From NCBI GenBank assembly GCA_043756865.1, contig JAYUQG010000014.1:2349-66348 (forward strand): a stretch of 64,000 bases of DNA, read 5' to 3'. The notes beneath the pieces are model-generated. The model had not been told where the DNA came from, made no database searches, and saw nothing but the letters and a program-made list of their open reading frames with translations. Within the stretch, counting starts at the first letter, position 1. Every line of letters starts with the position of its first letter. Of this stretch, positions 31,886 to 40,582 are shown one piece after another. The DNA is from a bacterium. GTDB lineage: Bacteria; Patescibacteriota; Minisyncoccia; Phycocordibacterales; UBA6899. The translations under genes and the position numbers were made by a program.

Positions 31886-33372
31886 TACATGAGGAGTTTG
31901 CGGACGTCTTCCACTTCTTTGGACAACAATTCCTCCGAAAGATCGATGGCCTCATTCATATTCTCCATCACTTCCCTGTCCTGTGCTGAGGGATTAGGCT
32001 TCTGGAAAAGCATACCTGCCTGCTCGCCCACTTCCTCGCGGAGTGCCGCAAAGATATTGCCCATGTTGTCGCGCAGTTCATCAGCCTCGCGTTTTGCAAC
32101 ATATTTTTCTCTTCGGAACATTTTTCGCTCATACCATAGATATCCGAGGAGGAAGGCGATAAATGCCACTAGTCCTATGTCAATAAAGAGTCGCCAGTCA
32201 GTTGGTTTTGGCTCGCCCTCTTCTGCAGACTTTTTCGTTGATGGCTCTTCACCCTCGATGGTATATTTTCCTTCAGCAGAGGTGCTATTCCCCGCCTTAT
32301 CAAACACATTGAGCACAAGCGTATGTTTGCCTGGCTCTTGTTCTGAAAGCGTGTATTCACCATTTTTCACCTCGACAAGAGCGACCTTGGTGGGTGGATT
32401 ACCATCAATAGCTATTTCGTAACGATCAAGCTGTGAGAGTGTATCGGTGGCCTGAAACTTAATTATGACCTCAGTAGATGATGCTGGCACCGAAAGATCA
32501 AGTGTGAAAGGTTCGGGAGGGGTCTTGTCCACGAGTATCTTTTTGTGTGCGGTTGGCCCCGCGCCTGCTTCGTTGACATAGCGTAAATGAAAATACATCA
32601 CTCCGTCAGTGAGCTGGTCAAATTCCTTCTCGTCTATTGCGGGGTCGTAGCTCGTTGTGGGCACGGTCTTGTCTTTCGTATCCAAACTCATACGCACCAC
32701 TGTGACATCAAGTGGGGGCTCCCACTTAAACATTGCCTTCGATAAATTGTAATAAAACTTCTCATCGAGGTGGGTAGTTGAAGTGACGTCAGGAATATCA
32801 GGTTTGGGTATAAGTACCGACGGTGGAGTGGGTGGGGGCGGAGGGGGTGGGTCTCCCGCTGCTGCGGTATTAATAGTGTATTCGCCGCCAAGCCAGAGGT
32901 CTTTAGCGGTAAGTTCGGTGCCTTTACCATCTGCAGCAAGGACGGTGCCTTCTACAAAAGACACCTTTGCTACTCCTTCCTTGAGAGCCTTAAACGTAAT
33001 CGATAGAATATTTTTCTTCCCTGATATTGCGGGTGGCGTTTTTCCTCCAGCAAAACTAATAGTTCCCGCAGTCGAGTCGGTTGCTGGTTCTTCTGGCCAA
33101 AGTGAAAACGCAGAATTATTTTTAGACAATCCCTGAACAGAAAGCAGTTCTTTGTCATAGGAAAGTTTTCCACCTCCAGAACCAAACTCCTTGGTGGATT
33201 CAATAACAATTTGTACAGTAAAGGTCTTCCCTAGACCGTAAGCACCGGTGGCGGGTGAAATCGACATAGTCGCACCAGTTGTCTGCGCGAGCGACAAGGA
33301 AGGTGCTGCAACGAGTGCGAGCATCAAACCTGCCGTAATCAACCGCATACGAAAAGTGCGAGAAATTATCAT
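31885..33372 (-). CDS. Cohesin-domain protein with poly-Pro linker, two Ig-like domains, TM anchor and cytoplasmic coiled coil (anchor of system II)
   Basis: Signal peptide, cohesin-like N-domain, PPPPPPPTPP, DKTPPEPF, TM LFIDIGLVAFIAFLLGYLWY. Confidence 0.8.
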   Translation of the reverse strand: MIISRTFRMRLITAGLMLALVAAPSLSLAQTTGATMSISPATGAYGLGKTFTVQIVIESTKEFGSGGGKLSYDKELLSVQGLSKNNSAFSLWPEEPATDSTAGTISFAGGKTPPAISGKKNILSITFKALKEGVAKVSFVEGTVLAADGKGTELTAKDLWLGGEYTINTAAAGDPPPPPPPTPPSVLIPKPDIPDVTSTTHLDEKFYYNLSKAMFKWEPPLDVTVVRMSLDTKDKTVPTTSYDPAIDEKEFDQLTDGVMYFHLRYVNEAGAGPTAHKKILVDKTPPEPFTLDLSVPASSTEVIIKFQATDTLSQLDRYEIAIDGNPPTKVALVEVKNGEYTLSEQEPGKHTLVLNVFDKAGNSTSAEGKYTIEGEEPSTKKSAEEGEPKPTDWRLFIDIGLVAFIAFLLGYLWYERKMFRREKYVAKREADELRDNMGNIFAALREEVGEQAGMLFQKPNPSAQDREVMENMNEAIDLSEELLSKEVEDVRKLLM

Positions 33373-33379
33373 GGAGAAA

Positions 33380-33895
33380 TTAAGAACCCGAGTCTACCTT
33401 CTCGACATGCATACGCATTTTATTGTTTGCATGACCCTTGAGTGGTAGATGGAGTACGAGTACGCCGTCTTTGACCTTTGCTTGCGCAGCCTGTGCGTCT
33501 ACTTCTTGAGGAAGAATAATCTGGCGGAAAAATTTACCCCAAGCACATTCTTCGAGAGTAAATCCGTCGTGCTCTTCGCTTGCGTGCTGCACTCCTTGCG
33601 AGATTGCAACAACACCCTCGATTTTCACCTGAATCAAGTCTTCGGGGCGATGTGAGCTGCCGGAAATAGTAATGACATCATTGTCACCCTCTATGGACAC
33701 ATCAAGATCTTTGATTTCCGCACCGGGAACCTGAGCATAGATGATAATTTCTGTATCACTTTGCTTCACATCGACGGGGAGTTGCGAGACGCCACTCGGC
33801 ACCTCAGATTTAGCTGGTAGGCTTGCCGAGGAGACCGTATGGTCGTCCGAGACTCCCACGCCCTTGCCCTTGAGCTTTTGTAAAAAAGAACTCAT
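33380..33895 (-). CDS. Small heat-shock protein (Hsp20/alpha-crystallin)
   Basis: LPVDV...IYAQVPG...EECAWGKFFRQIILP...AKVKDGVLVLHLP. Confidence 0.9.
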   Translation of the reverse strand: MSSFLQKLKGKGVGVSDDHTVSSASLPAKSEVPSGVSQLPVDVKQSDTEIIIYAQVPGAEIKDLDVSIEGDNDVITISGSSHRPEDLIQVKIEGVVAISQGVQHASEEHDGFTLEECAWGKFFRQIILPQEVDAQAAQAKVKDGVLVLHLPLKGHANNKMRMHVEKVDSGS

Positions 33896-33992
33896 AGATT
33901 AAAAGTACAAATTAATTGTTAAGCAGCGCTTCCTCAAAACGCACAACGGTAGAGTTATATACATTATACGCGCATACGTGAGTGGCGTGCAA

Positions 33993-34245
33993 TCAAGTTG
34001 TGGAGAACAAGTGGATACTGCCCAGCAACTCAGTAAAGTTGCCTGCAATGGTCACGCGATTGACCGTGCGGGTAATCACTCCGTGTTCAATGAGGAAACC
34101 TTCCGCCCCGACAGAGTAGTCGCCAGTCGCGAGGTTAACGCCGTCGCCCATAATGCCGATGACGAGTAGTCCGTACGCAATATTTCGAATAAGTCCATCA
34201 CGCAGGATGACACTTGTGTGATCACCGCTTAGTACCCGCGGAGCA
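33993..34245 (-). pseudogene. pmbA: Remnant of TldE/PmbA C-terminal region
   Basis: GLLVIGIMGDGVNLATGDYSVGAEGFLIEHGVITRTVNRVTIAGN matches the PmbA/TldD C-terminal motif. Only ~80 aa of a ~450-aa family; the left boundary of homology is approximate. Confidence 0.75.
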
Positions 34246-34299
34246 AAACAGACGTAAGTCTGTTTTTTATGACTGACAAAAACGTGTTGCCGTGCGTTG

Positions 34300-34971
34300 C
34301 TAGATGAATTTTGCGCAGTGCGCGATTGCCTGTACGTCACGGAGCTGACCGCTATTGTTTATTGCCGTGACCATCCAGACTCGCTGTCCGATCATAACAA
34401 TCGACGCTCTCGTGATATCTACTCCGCCCCCGCTCACGTCATATCCTCCCCCAACCATAGTCTCACCTTCTTGGCAGTACGCGAGTGCGTCTGCAATAGC
34501 AGGGACTGAAACCCATGCACTGGGGCGCAGAAAGACGACCATATTGCCACCTGTTCCAGTACCAGGAATACCCGGTGCTCCTGTTAGACCTTGAATTCCC
34601 TGTACACCTTGCGCACCCTGTGCGCCCGCTGGGCCTTGCAGTCCCATAGGGCCAACTTGACCTTGTGCGCCTGCTCCGCCCTGTGGTCCGACTGCCCCCG
34701 TATCGCCCTTCGGTCCGATTGCACCATCAGCACCCTGCGTTCCTTGTGTGCCGGGGATGCCCTGAATATTCCAAGAAAGCAATTTGTCCTGCGCGCGACA
34801 ATCGGTGCGCCGAAACCCTTCTCCAATAAAATACATCGCTCCGCTATTTCTTACACACACAGTAATCGCATGAGTATCTGCGAGCGCCACAGCACCGACA
34901 GCGAGACCTCCCGCCGAGAGCACAGTAAGTGCGCCAATAACCGCACGTTTAAGTAAAAGTGGTGTATTCAT
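34300..34971 (-). CDS. Secreted collagen-like protein
   Basis: Signal peptide, Cys-containing N-domain, about two dozen Gly-X-Y triplets, C-domain with [12 protein letters not shown]. Confidence 0.85.
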   Translation of the reverse strand: MNTPLLLKRAVIGALTVLSAGGLAVGAVALADTHAITVCVRNSGAMYFIGEGFRRTDCRAQDKLLSWNIQGIPGTQGTQGADGAIGPKGDTGAVGPQGGAGAQGQVGPMGLQGPAGAQGAQGVQGIQGLTGAPGIPGTGTGGNMVVFLRPSAWVSVPAIADALAYCQEGETMVGGGYDVSGGGVDITRASIVMIGQRVWMVTAINNSGQLRDVQAIAHCAKFI

Positions 34972-35052
34972 AGTAAAAGTCGTTTATAATTATATACAAA
35001 AAGACTACTCCCATTCTAGTAAATGACAAGCAACGTGGAAAATATACACGCA

Positions 35053-35182
35053 TAAAAACTTTTACGATTTTGATGCAATTCAGTTTTTCATGAGGAAAGT
35101 GTATGAGAGGACGTATACGGATACGTCCTCCAAACCTTTCTGAAATAAAAAACTGAAGAGCGCGGAAATAACCCTTTGACTA
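35053..35182. repeat. Palindromic repeat family B, copy 3 (right end decayed)
   Basis: Aligns with 3429..3562 (taaaaacttt..attttgatg..ttcagttttt..ccaaacctttc..aaaaaactgaa..gcgc). Ends in the TAG stop of 35180..36922. Confidence 0.75.
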
Positions 35183-36922
35183 GCCGGTCCAGTTGGAGAG
35201 CATAATCGAAAAGTCGGTGAGATTGACGATGCCGTCCTGATTAATATCTGCCGTCTCATCCGCCGTTCTCCAGTGAAACAACAAAATGGAGAAGTCAACG
35301 AGATTCACTTTTTTGTCTTTGTTTAAGTCTGAACGGTTGCCCATGTCGGGGTTCGGCTCCTCGCCGATACCCACATACACGACTGGCGATAAGAGGCTTT
35401 GATCTTTGCTTGAAATGAGAGAGATCATCTTTGCCTCATATGTCCCCTTTTTGAGCCCTGCGGTGGGGAGTGTGATTGACCAACCGCCGCTACCGTTTGC
35501 AGTTGTTGTTGCCGTCACTATCTTTCCCGTACTGGCCTCACCCTGCTTCGTCATAATTGCACGCACGTCTCGAAGCGCAATCGCGTAACCCGAAAGCACG
35601 AGGTCACCACCGAGTGCCACCGTAGTCGACGAACGATTGGTCGTTGGAGACAAATATACGGGTGCAATAATATTGTTTGACTTTGCAATAAGGTAAATAG
35701 TTGAAGAATAGGTCGAAGAATTTCTACCGTTTGCGTCACGCATGTATACACTCCATGTATATGTCCCACGCGGAAGGTTGGTAAATTTTTCAGAAAATTC
35801 TCCAAGAACGCTGACCACTGACTCCCTCACGTTAACTCCATCCTTGAGAAACACCGCGGTTACCCCAGGTGCGGCTTTTCCTTCGATCGTCACGTCACCA
35901 CCTGAAAGGAAGAGTCCTCCGCCGCCTCCCGGCCCTGATGGGCCGCCGCCTCCTGACGGAGGTGGGGGTGGAGGTGCGGGAGGAGTTGCCGTCGCACTTG
36001 GCACCACTCCCACCTCAAAGTTAATAAGATAGTCCGCGATATTGGGAATCTGTTGTGCATTCGCACACCGTACATAGAAATTATAAATAGTATTCGTCGC
36101 CGTGGTCACCGGTATGTAGTGCAGCGTAGCAACATTCGCTTGGGTAAAAATTGTCGAGGAGGACATAGTAAAGTACGGGACCCCAGCGGTCGTTGCATAC
36201 TTACACATCGCAAAAATATTGGTGTTGAGCGACATAAGCACACTTGCCGTTGTTCCCGGCAGAAGCCCTGTGGGCAAACCATTTGAGAGAACAGGAGGTG
36301 GGAATTGTTGCACGACTGCGCTCATTTGCACAGGATCGACAATAGCAATAATTGCTCCCTGTACATCAATCTGCACATCGCTTGCATCGCGCGTTTCAAT
36401 ATTTATGCGGTGTGAACCCACAGTTGAAGGTGACGTGATAAACTGATCCCCCGCCCCCCCAAAAAGTGCGATTGAACCTATTTCGATGGCCACCGTAGAA
36501 CTCGCGGCAATCCCAGCACCCGATGAGAGTGTAAGTGTAATCATACTAGGTGGGCCCGACGCCACACCAACGCCGTCTGCGACAGCAGACGGGAGTGTTG
36601 CAAGTGACCTCTCAGTAAAGGGCCCCGATGATGCGACTGCGGTAGAAAGGTCTATATCGGTAAAATCTAGTGCGCCGGGAATAGTGAACGCGGCGGCAAA
36701 TGTAAGCATTATTTTTCCATTGGCAGGAACGGCATTGGAGAGTGTAAACGTAACGGTGTGTGAAGTCGACGTAGACGATGGGGCCGAATTTGAAACAAGA
36801 TCACGCACATAGGTCAGATAGGCGGCAGATGCGTCTCGGGTAAAAAATGACGAAAACGCAATCACCAACACGGGTAGCAAGAGTAGTGCGCAAGTTGTCG
36901 AGTGAGTAAAACGGGAACGCAT
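35180..36922 (-). CDS. Secreted protein with subunit-like N-domain, Pro/Gly linker, Ig-like domains and C-terminal dockerin
   Basis: DLNKDKKVNLVDFSILL / DINQDGIVNLTDFSIML. N-domain homologous to 40583..41710; C-half homologous to 759..1940. Start moved to 36922. Confidence 0.85.
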   Translation of the reverse strand: MRSRFTHSTTCALLLLPVLVIAFSSFFTRDASAAYLTYVRDLVSNSAPSSTSTSHTVTFTLSNAVPANGKIMLTFAAAFTIPGALDFTDIDLSTAVASSGPFTERSLATLPSAVADGVGVASGPPSMITLTLSSGAGIAASSTVAIEIGSIALFGGAGDQFITSPSTVGSHRINIETRDASDVQIDVQGAIIAIVDPVQMSAVVQQFPPPVLSNGLPTGLLPGTTASVLMSLNTNIFAMCKYATTAGVPYFTMSSSTIFTQANVATLHYIPVTTATNTIYNFYVRCANAQQIPNIADYLINFEVGVVPSATATPPAPPPPPPSGGGGPSGPGGGGGLFLSGGDVTIEGKAAPGVTAVFLKDGVNVRESVVSVLGEFSEKFTNLPRGTYTWSVYMRDANGRNSSTYSSTIYLIAKSNNIIAPVYLSPTTNRSSTTVALGGDLVLSGYAIALRDVRAIMTKQGEASTGKIVTATTTANGSGGWSITLPTAGLKKGTYEAKMISLISSKDQSLLSPVVYVGIGEEPNPDMGNRSDLNKDKKVNLVDFSILLFHWRTADETADINQDGIVNLTDFSIMLSNWTG

Positions 36923-36996
36923 ATCTATATTATAACAGAGGCACACAAGTTAGTACCGCGTCCACAGAGCTCCTATCCCGATAACACACATGCACA

Positions 36997-37866
36997 CTAG
37001 CGTGCACACCGAAATCCAACTGCAACACCGATAAATGACGGCTGAATCGTCGCGTTGATCGCATATATCCCCGCCTTTTCCTCCATCGACCAAAACCCCC
37101 CACGAAACATAGCACGTACTCCAGTAGACTCAATAAACCAGTGGTCACCACCAAACGTGTCTTGTGGCATGCTTCCGGTTGTGATGGGGACACCCCCAAG
37201 ATCGGCTTCACTCACGTATCCCTCAGTCGGAAGCGTGCGGTTGGAGTAGACTCCATCTGCCACCTCTGCATCAACCCATTCCCACACGTTTCCCACCATG
37301 TCGTAAGTTCCGTACGAAGACACACATGCATCATGACTTCCTGTATTGTCCGCACGTGCCTGCCCTGCGCGACCAAGCGCGCACTGTTTTTTGTCTTTGG
37401 AAACAGCGTCGGGGGTTCCCAAGGCGGCGCGGTACCACTCCTCGGGTGTTGCAAGATGTTTACCCGCACGGGCACACATGGACATCGCCTGGTGAAGCGA
37501 GATATTCACCCAAGGACGCTGGCCGGAATTCGATACAGCTCCACACTTTGGCTGCGCTATGTTTTCGTTTGTCTCAAATTGATTCAGTGGATCTTTGTGT
37601 CCACAAAACTCACCTGACGCAGCCTCATAGCGGTCAATGCAGAATCCACCCCCACCGCTAACAAATACCATATCGCTGGGACATTTTTCTTCAGTTATAC
37701 TGCCTCCCACACCAGCCAAAAGTGATACACCAGGGATGCGAAACGTATCACTTGCTTCAATAGCAAGTGTGGTGAGCACAATTGCTCCTCCCAATACAAC
37801 AATACTTTTCCATACGGAAACGGTTCGTTGCTTTTGCCGAGGAGGAGGAAGTCTCGTCGCATTCAT
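36997..37866 (-). CDS. Membrane-anchored FGE-sulfatase (C-type-lectin fold) domain protein
   Basis: FCIDRYEA, EWYRAA, YDMVGNVWEW, RGG.W, GFRC. Confidence 0.9.
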   Translation of the reverse strand: MNATRLPPPRQKQRTVSVWKSIVVLGGAIVLTTLAIEASDTFRIPGVSLLAGVGGSITEEKCPSDMVFVSGGGGFCIDRYEAASGEFCGHKDPLNQFETNENIAQPKCGAVSNSGQRPWVNISLHQAMSMCARAGKHLATPEEWYRAALGTPDAVSKDKKQCALGRAGQARADNTGSHDACVSSYGTYDMVGNVWEWVDAEVADGVYSNRTLPTEGYVSEADLGGVPITTGSMPQDTFGGDHWFIESTGVRAMFRGGFWSMEEKAGIYAINATIQPSFIGVAVGFRCAR

Positions 37867-37905
37867 GAGTGTATTATACGTGATGTATCACCAAAGTGGC
37901 GCCTG

Positions 37906-38841
37906 TTATTTTGCACAGCGAAAACCCACAGCAACGCCAACAAACGAAGTAGGGATGGTTGCATTTAACGACGTAACTCCTGCCTTCTCCTCCATCGACC
38001 AGTATCCCCCACGAAACATTGCGCGCACCCCAGTATTGGCCGCAAAGAAATAATCTCGATGCCGGGTTTCTTCAGGTGTAATAGTTGTCATGAGCGGAAC
38101 GCCATCGACATCCACCACATCGACATACCCCTCGGCTGGGAGTGTCTCACCTTTGTAGACGCCGCCCCTGATCTCCCCGTCGACCCATTCCCATACATTT
38201 CCCACCATGTCGTATGTGCCGTACGAAGAGACGCATGCGTCATGACTTCCTGTGTTGTCCGCACGTGCCTGCCCTGCGCGACCAAGCGCGCACTGTTTTT
38301 TGTCTTTAGAAACAGTGTCGGGGGTTCCCAAGGCGGCTCGGTACCATTCCCCATTCGAGGGCAATCGTTTCCCTGCGCGCGAGCAAACCTCTTGTGCGAG
38401 TGTGAGTGAGATATTCACCCACGGTCGTGAATCTGGCTTTGATTCAGGCGCACATTGGGTTTGAATAAGGTTATTAATAGTTTCGAATTGGTTCAGTGGA
38501 TCTTTGTGTACACAAAATTCTCCTGCAGATGCTTCGAAACGGTCAATACAAAATCCGTCACCTTCACCAGTCACGTGCATCATTTCACTTGGGCAACGAG
38601 ATACGTTCTGGGTTCCCACTGCTGCTAGCTGCGTACTGTGAGGAGTTTTGAGTGCGTCACTTGCATGTATAATGAGGGTTGAGAAGACCGAAGCCAGTAG
38701 CACAATAAGTGCGGCACGCCCGAGATTACGCGGACTCTTGCGCTTTGGCACATCCTTTTTGGGTAGTTCATGTTTGGAAGCAACGCGTACTCCGCAGCTC
38801 TTGCGCAGGACCACTACTCCATGAGGTGAACGGTTCATCAT
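37906..38841 (-). CDS. Membrane-anchored FGE-sulfatase domain protein (tandem paralog)
   Basis: Same motifs as the neighbouring gene. Confidence 0.9.
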   Translation of the reverse strand: MMNRSPHGVVVLRKSCGVRVASKHELPKKDVPKRKSPRNLGRAALIVLLASVFSTLIIHASDALKTPHSTQLAAVGTQNVSRCPSEMMHVTGEGDGFCIDRFEASAGEFCVHKDPLNQFETINNLIQTQCAPESKPDSRPWVNISLTLAQEVCSRAGKRLPSNGEWYRAALGTPDTVSKDKKQCALGRAGQARADNTGSHDACVSSYGTYDMVGNVWEWVDGEIRGGVYKGETLPAEGYVDVVDVDGVPLMTTITPEETRHRDYFFAANTGVRAMFRGGYWSMEEKAGVTSLNATIPTSFVGVAVGFRCAK

Positions 38842-39290
38842 AGTCGCGTCTGTAGCTCTCCTTCGTGAGGACTTGGGTGCGATGCACTCACTCCCCGTTT
38901 CCAGTCAAGATAAAAGTTAAACAGTACAAGTAGGATAAGTACAAGCGACACAATCCCGAGCACAATAAGTGTGAGTTTATTGTTTGCGGCAATGGTTTCA
39001 CGGTATTCACGCCCAAGTGCTTCCTCGCGAGCAATCAGCGACTTTTCACGTTCTGTAAGTTCTGTTTGTTTTTGTTCAAGTGCCTGCGCAAGTGAGTTAA
39101 ATTCATTATCGGGAATTGCTGCACCGATACCGATTACCGAAGCCATATTTTCATAAGTAAAGTCTTGGATATGCTTCGCAGAATTACCAAGTGGTGCAAA
39201 TTGAATGACAGACACCAAAACAATGGCGAACGCCGAATATCGGAAAACAAGCCAGAAACGTGACTGCATAAGCGCGGCTAGCATATACAC
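38838..39290 (-). CDS. Hypothetical protein: two hydrophobic helices flanking a coiled coil
   Basis: NSLAQALEQKQTELTEREKSL heptads; ATGA overlap with the next gene. Confidence 0.75.
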   Translation of the reverse strand: MYMLAALMQSRFWLVFRYSAFAIVLVSVIQFAPLGNSAKHIQDFTYENMASVIGIGAAIPDNEFNSLAQALEQKQTELTEREKSLIAREEALGREYRETIAANNKLTLIVLGIVSLVLILLVLFNFYLDWKRGVSASHPSPHEGELQTRL

Positions 39291-39357
39291 CTCATTGTAG
39301 CGCTAAAGCGCACATGGGTAAATGCGCTAATGAACCTTGTGTGCGCCCCTGCAGTTG

Positions 39358-40425
39358 CTATCCAACGAGGAAGAGCAGCACAACAAAACCTAAAATCACC
39401 GAGAGAAGGACTGCAATAACCACAATCGAGAGTTTCGAGAGCGCTGACGTATCCTTGCTGCTTGCCACTCTCTTACCGCCGGTGGCGCGAGAAATTTGTC
39501 GATTCACATACATTCGCAAAAGTACATAAAAGACGAGCAGGAAAACGAGGAGTCCTCCCAGAATCGGCAAAATGATGTTCAAGGGAATTATCCAGAAACT
39601 GAGTGTGGAATTGAGATTCTGCATACCCTGTGAGCCCTCGATAACAAGAGTGAGGTCAGCTCTGTACTTCCCTATTTGTAGTTTGTCGCTTGTCCAATCC
39701 ACCGTATAGGTGCGCTTCGATTTCGGGAATACTGAAGCACCGCCGTTATTAAAGGTAAGCGTTTCTACCTTGGTACCAAACATATTGATGATGTCGACAA
39801 AACCCTTTGGACGTGCAAATACATTGCCCATGTTGTCGATACGTGCACTAAATGTCACATTTGGCTGGTCATAAATCACCTTGTCGGCAAAAAACTCACC
39901 GAGGCGCGTGTCTTCAACAATATCGCCGGAAATACGAATAGCGAGAATTGAACCAACCTCATAACCGACAGCACTTCCTACAAGATTCGCAGGAGCTGCG
40001 GTGGAAATGGCGACCAATCCGATATGAGCGCCGGGGCCAGCAGTTGAGGGCACTTTTACGGTAAACCGGAGCTTCGCAGCACTTCTGGCAGGCACCCGAA
40101 GTTCACTCACATCAAAAGTTACCCACGATGAAAGTTCGTAGTCATTTGGATCCCCTGGCTTCGCAAATATAGGCTGTCCGCTTTCCGCAATTCCAACGAT
40201 ATCGCGGACTCGAGGATAAAATATCTCTGCTGTATCGCTCACATTCACAATATCCAGTGTATGTGCAAACATCGCCCCTGGATCGGTGCGCTCTTCTATG
40301 AGCGGAGGAGTGATTTTTGCTCCAATTTGTTCCTGCGCAAGTAGCGCATGAGGCGCAAAGACGAGTGCAGTAGCGCACAAAAGCGCGGCAATGACGCGAC
40401 GTGAGGGTGATGTAATGAATGCCAT
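39358..40425 (-). CDS. DUF916-like two-Ig protein with C-terminal TM helices
   Basis: KITPP, LSSWV, VKVPSTAGPGAHIG, DNMGNVFARPKG, GKYRA. Start moved to MAFITS (40425) because the longer ORF overlaps a neighbour. Confidence 0.75.
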   Translation of the reverse strand: MAFITSPSRRVIAALLCATALVFAPHALLAQEQIGAKITPPLIEERTDPGAMFAHTLDIVNVSDTAEIFYPRVRDIVGIAESGQPIFAKPGDPNDYELSSWVTFDVSELRVPARSAAKLRFTVKVPSTAGPGAHIGLVAISTAAPANLVGSAVGYEVGSILAIRISGDIVEDTRLGEFFADKVIYDQPNVTFSARIDNMGNVFARPKGFVDIINMFGTKVETLTFNNGGASVFPKSKRTYTVDWTSDKLQIGKYRADLTLVIEGSQGMQNLNSTLSFWIIPLNIILPILGGLLVFLLVFYVLLRMYVNRQISRATGGKRVASSKDTSALSKLSIVVIAVLLSVILGFVVLLFLVG

Positions 40426-40502
40426 AGTAAAACTTGAGGTAGCGTTAATAGCGATAAATAAAGGTAGTGACAGTATACCTTGGCTTGTCCCACCCATCAA
40501 AG

Positions 40503-40530
40503 CAGCAACCCCGCAAGTGCGGGGTTGCTG
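40503..40530 (-). terminator. Strong hairpin downstream of the putative major subunit gene
   Basis: 12-bp stem cagcaaccccgc / gcggggttgctg with a weak U tail. Confidence 0.6.
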
Positions 40531-40582
40531 TGTGGATAACCGTCCGGGTTTCCAAACGTGCTGGCAATTTGTCGAGCGCTGT

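Noticed and set aside
1-36922. Cellulosome
   Set aside because: Cohesins and dockerins are present, but I see no glycoside hydrolase or CBM motifs and no multi-cohesin scaffoldin.
36997-38841. Diversity-generating retroelement (TR/VR pair) at the FGE-sulfatase genes
   Set aside because: No reverse transcriptase in the window. Differences between the 3' ends are not adenine-specific, and both copies are full genes.
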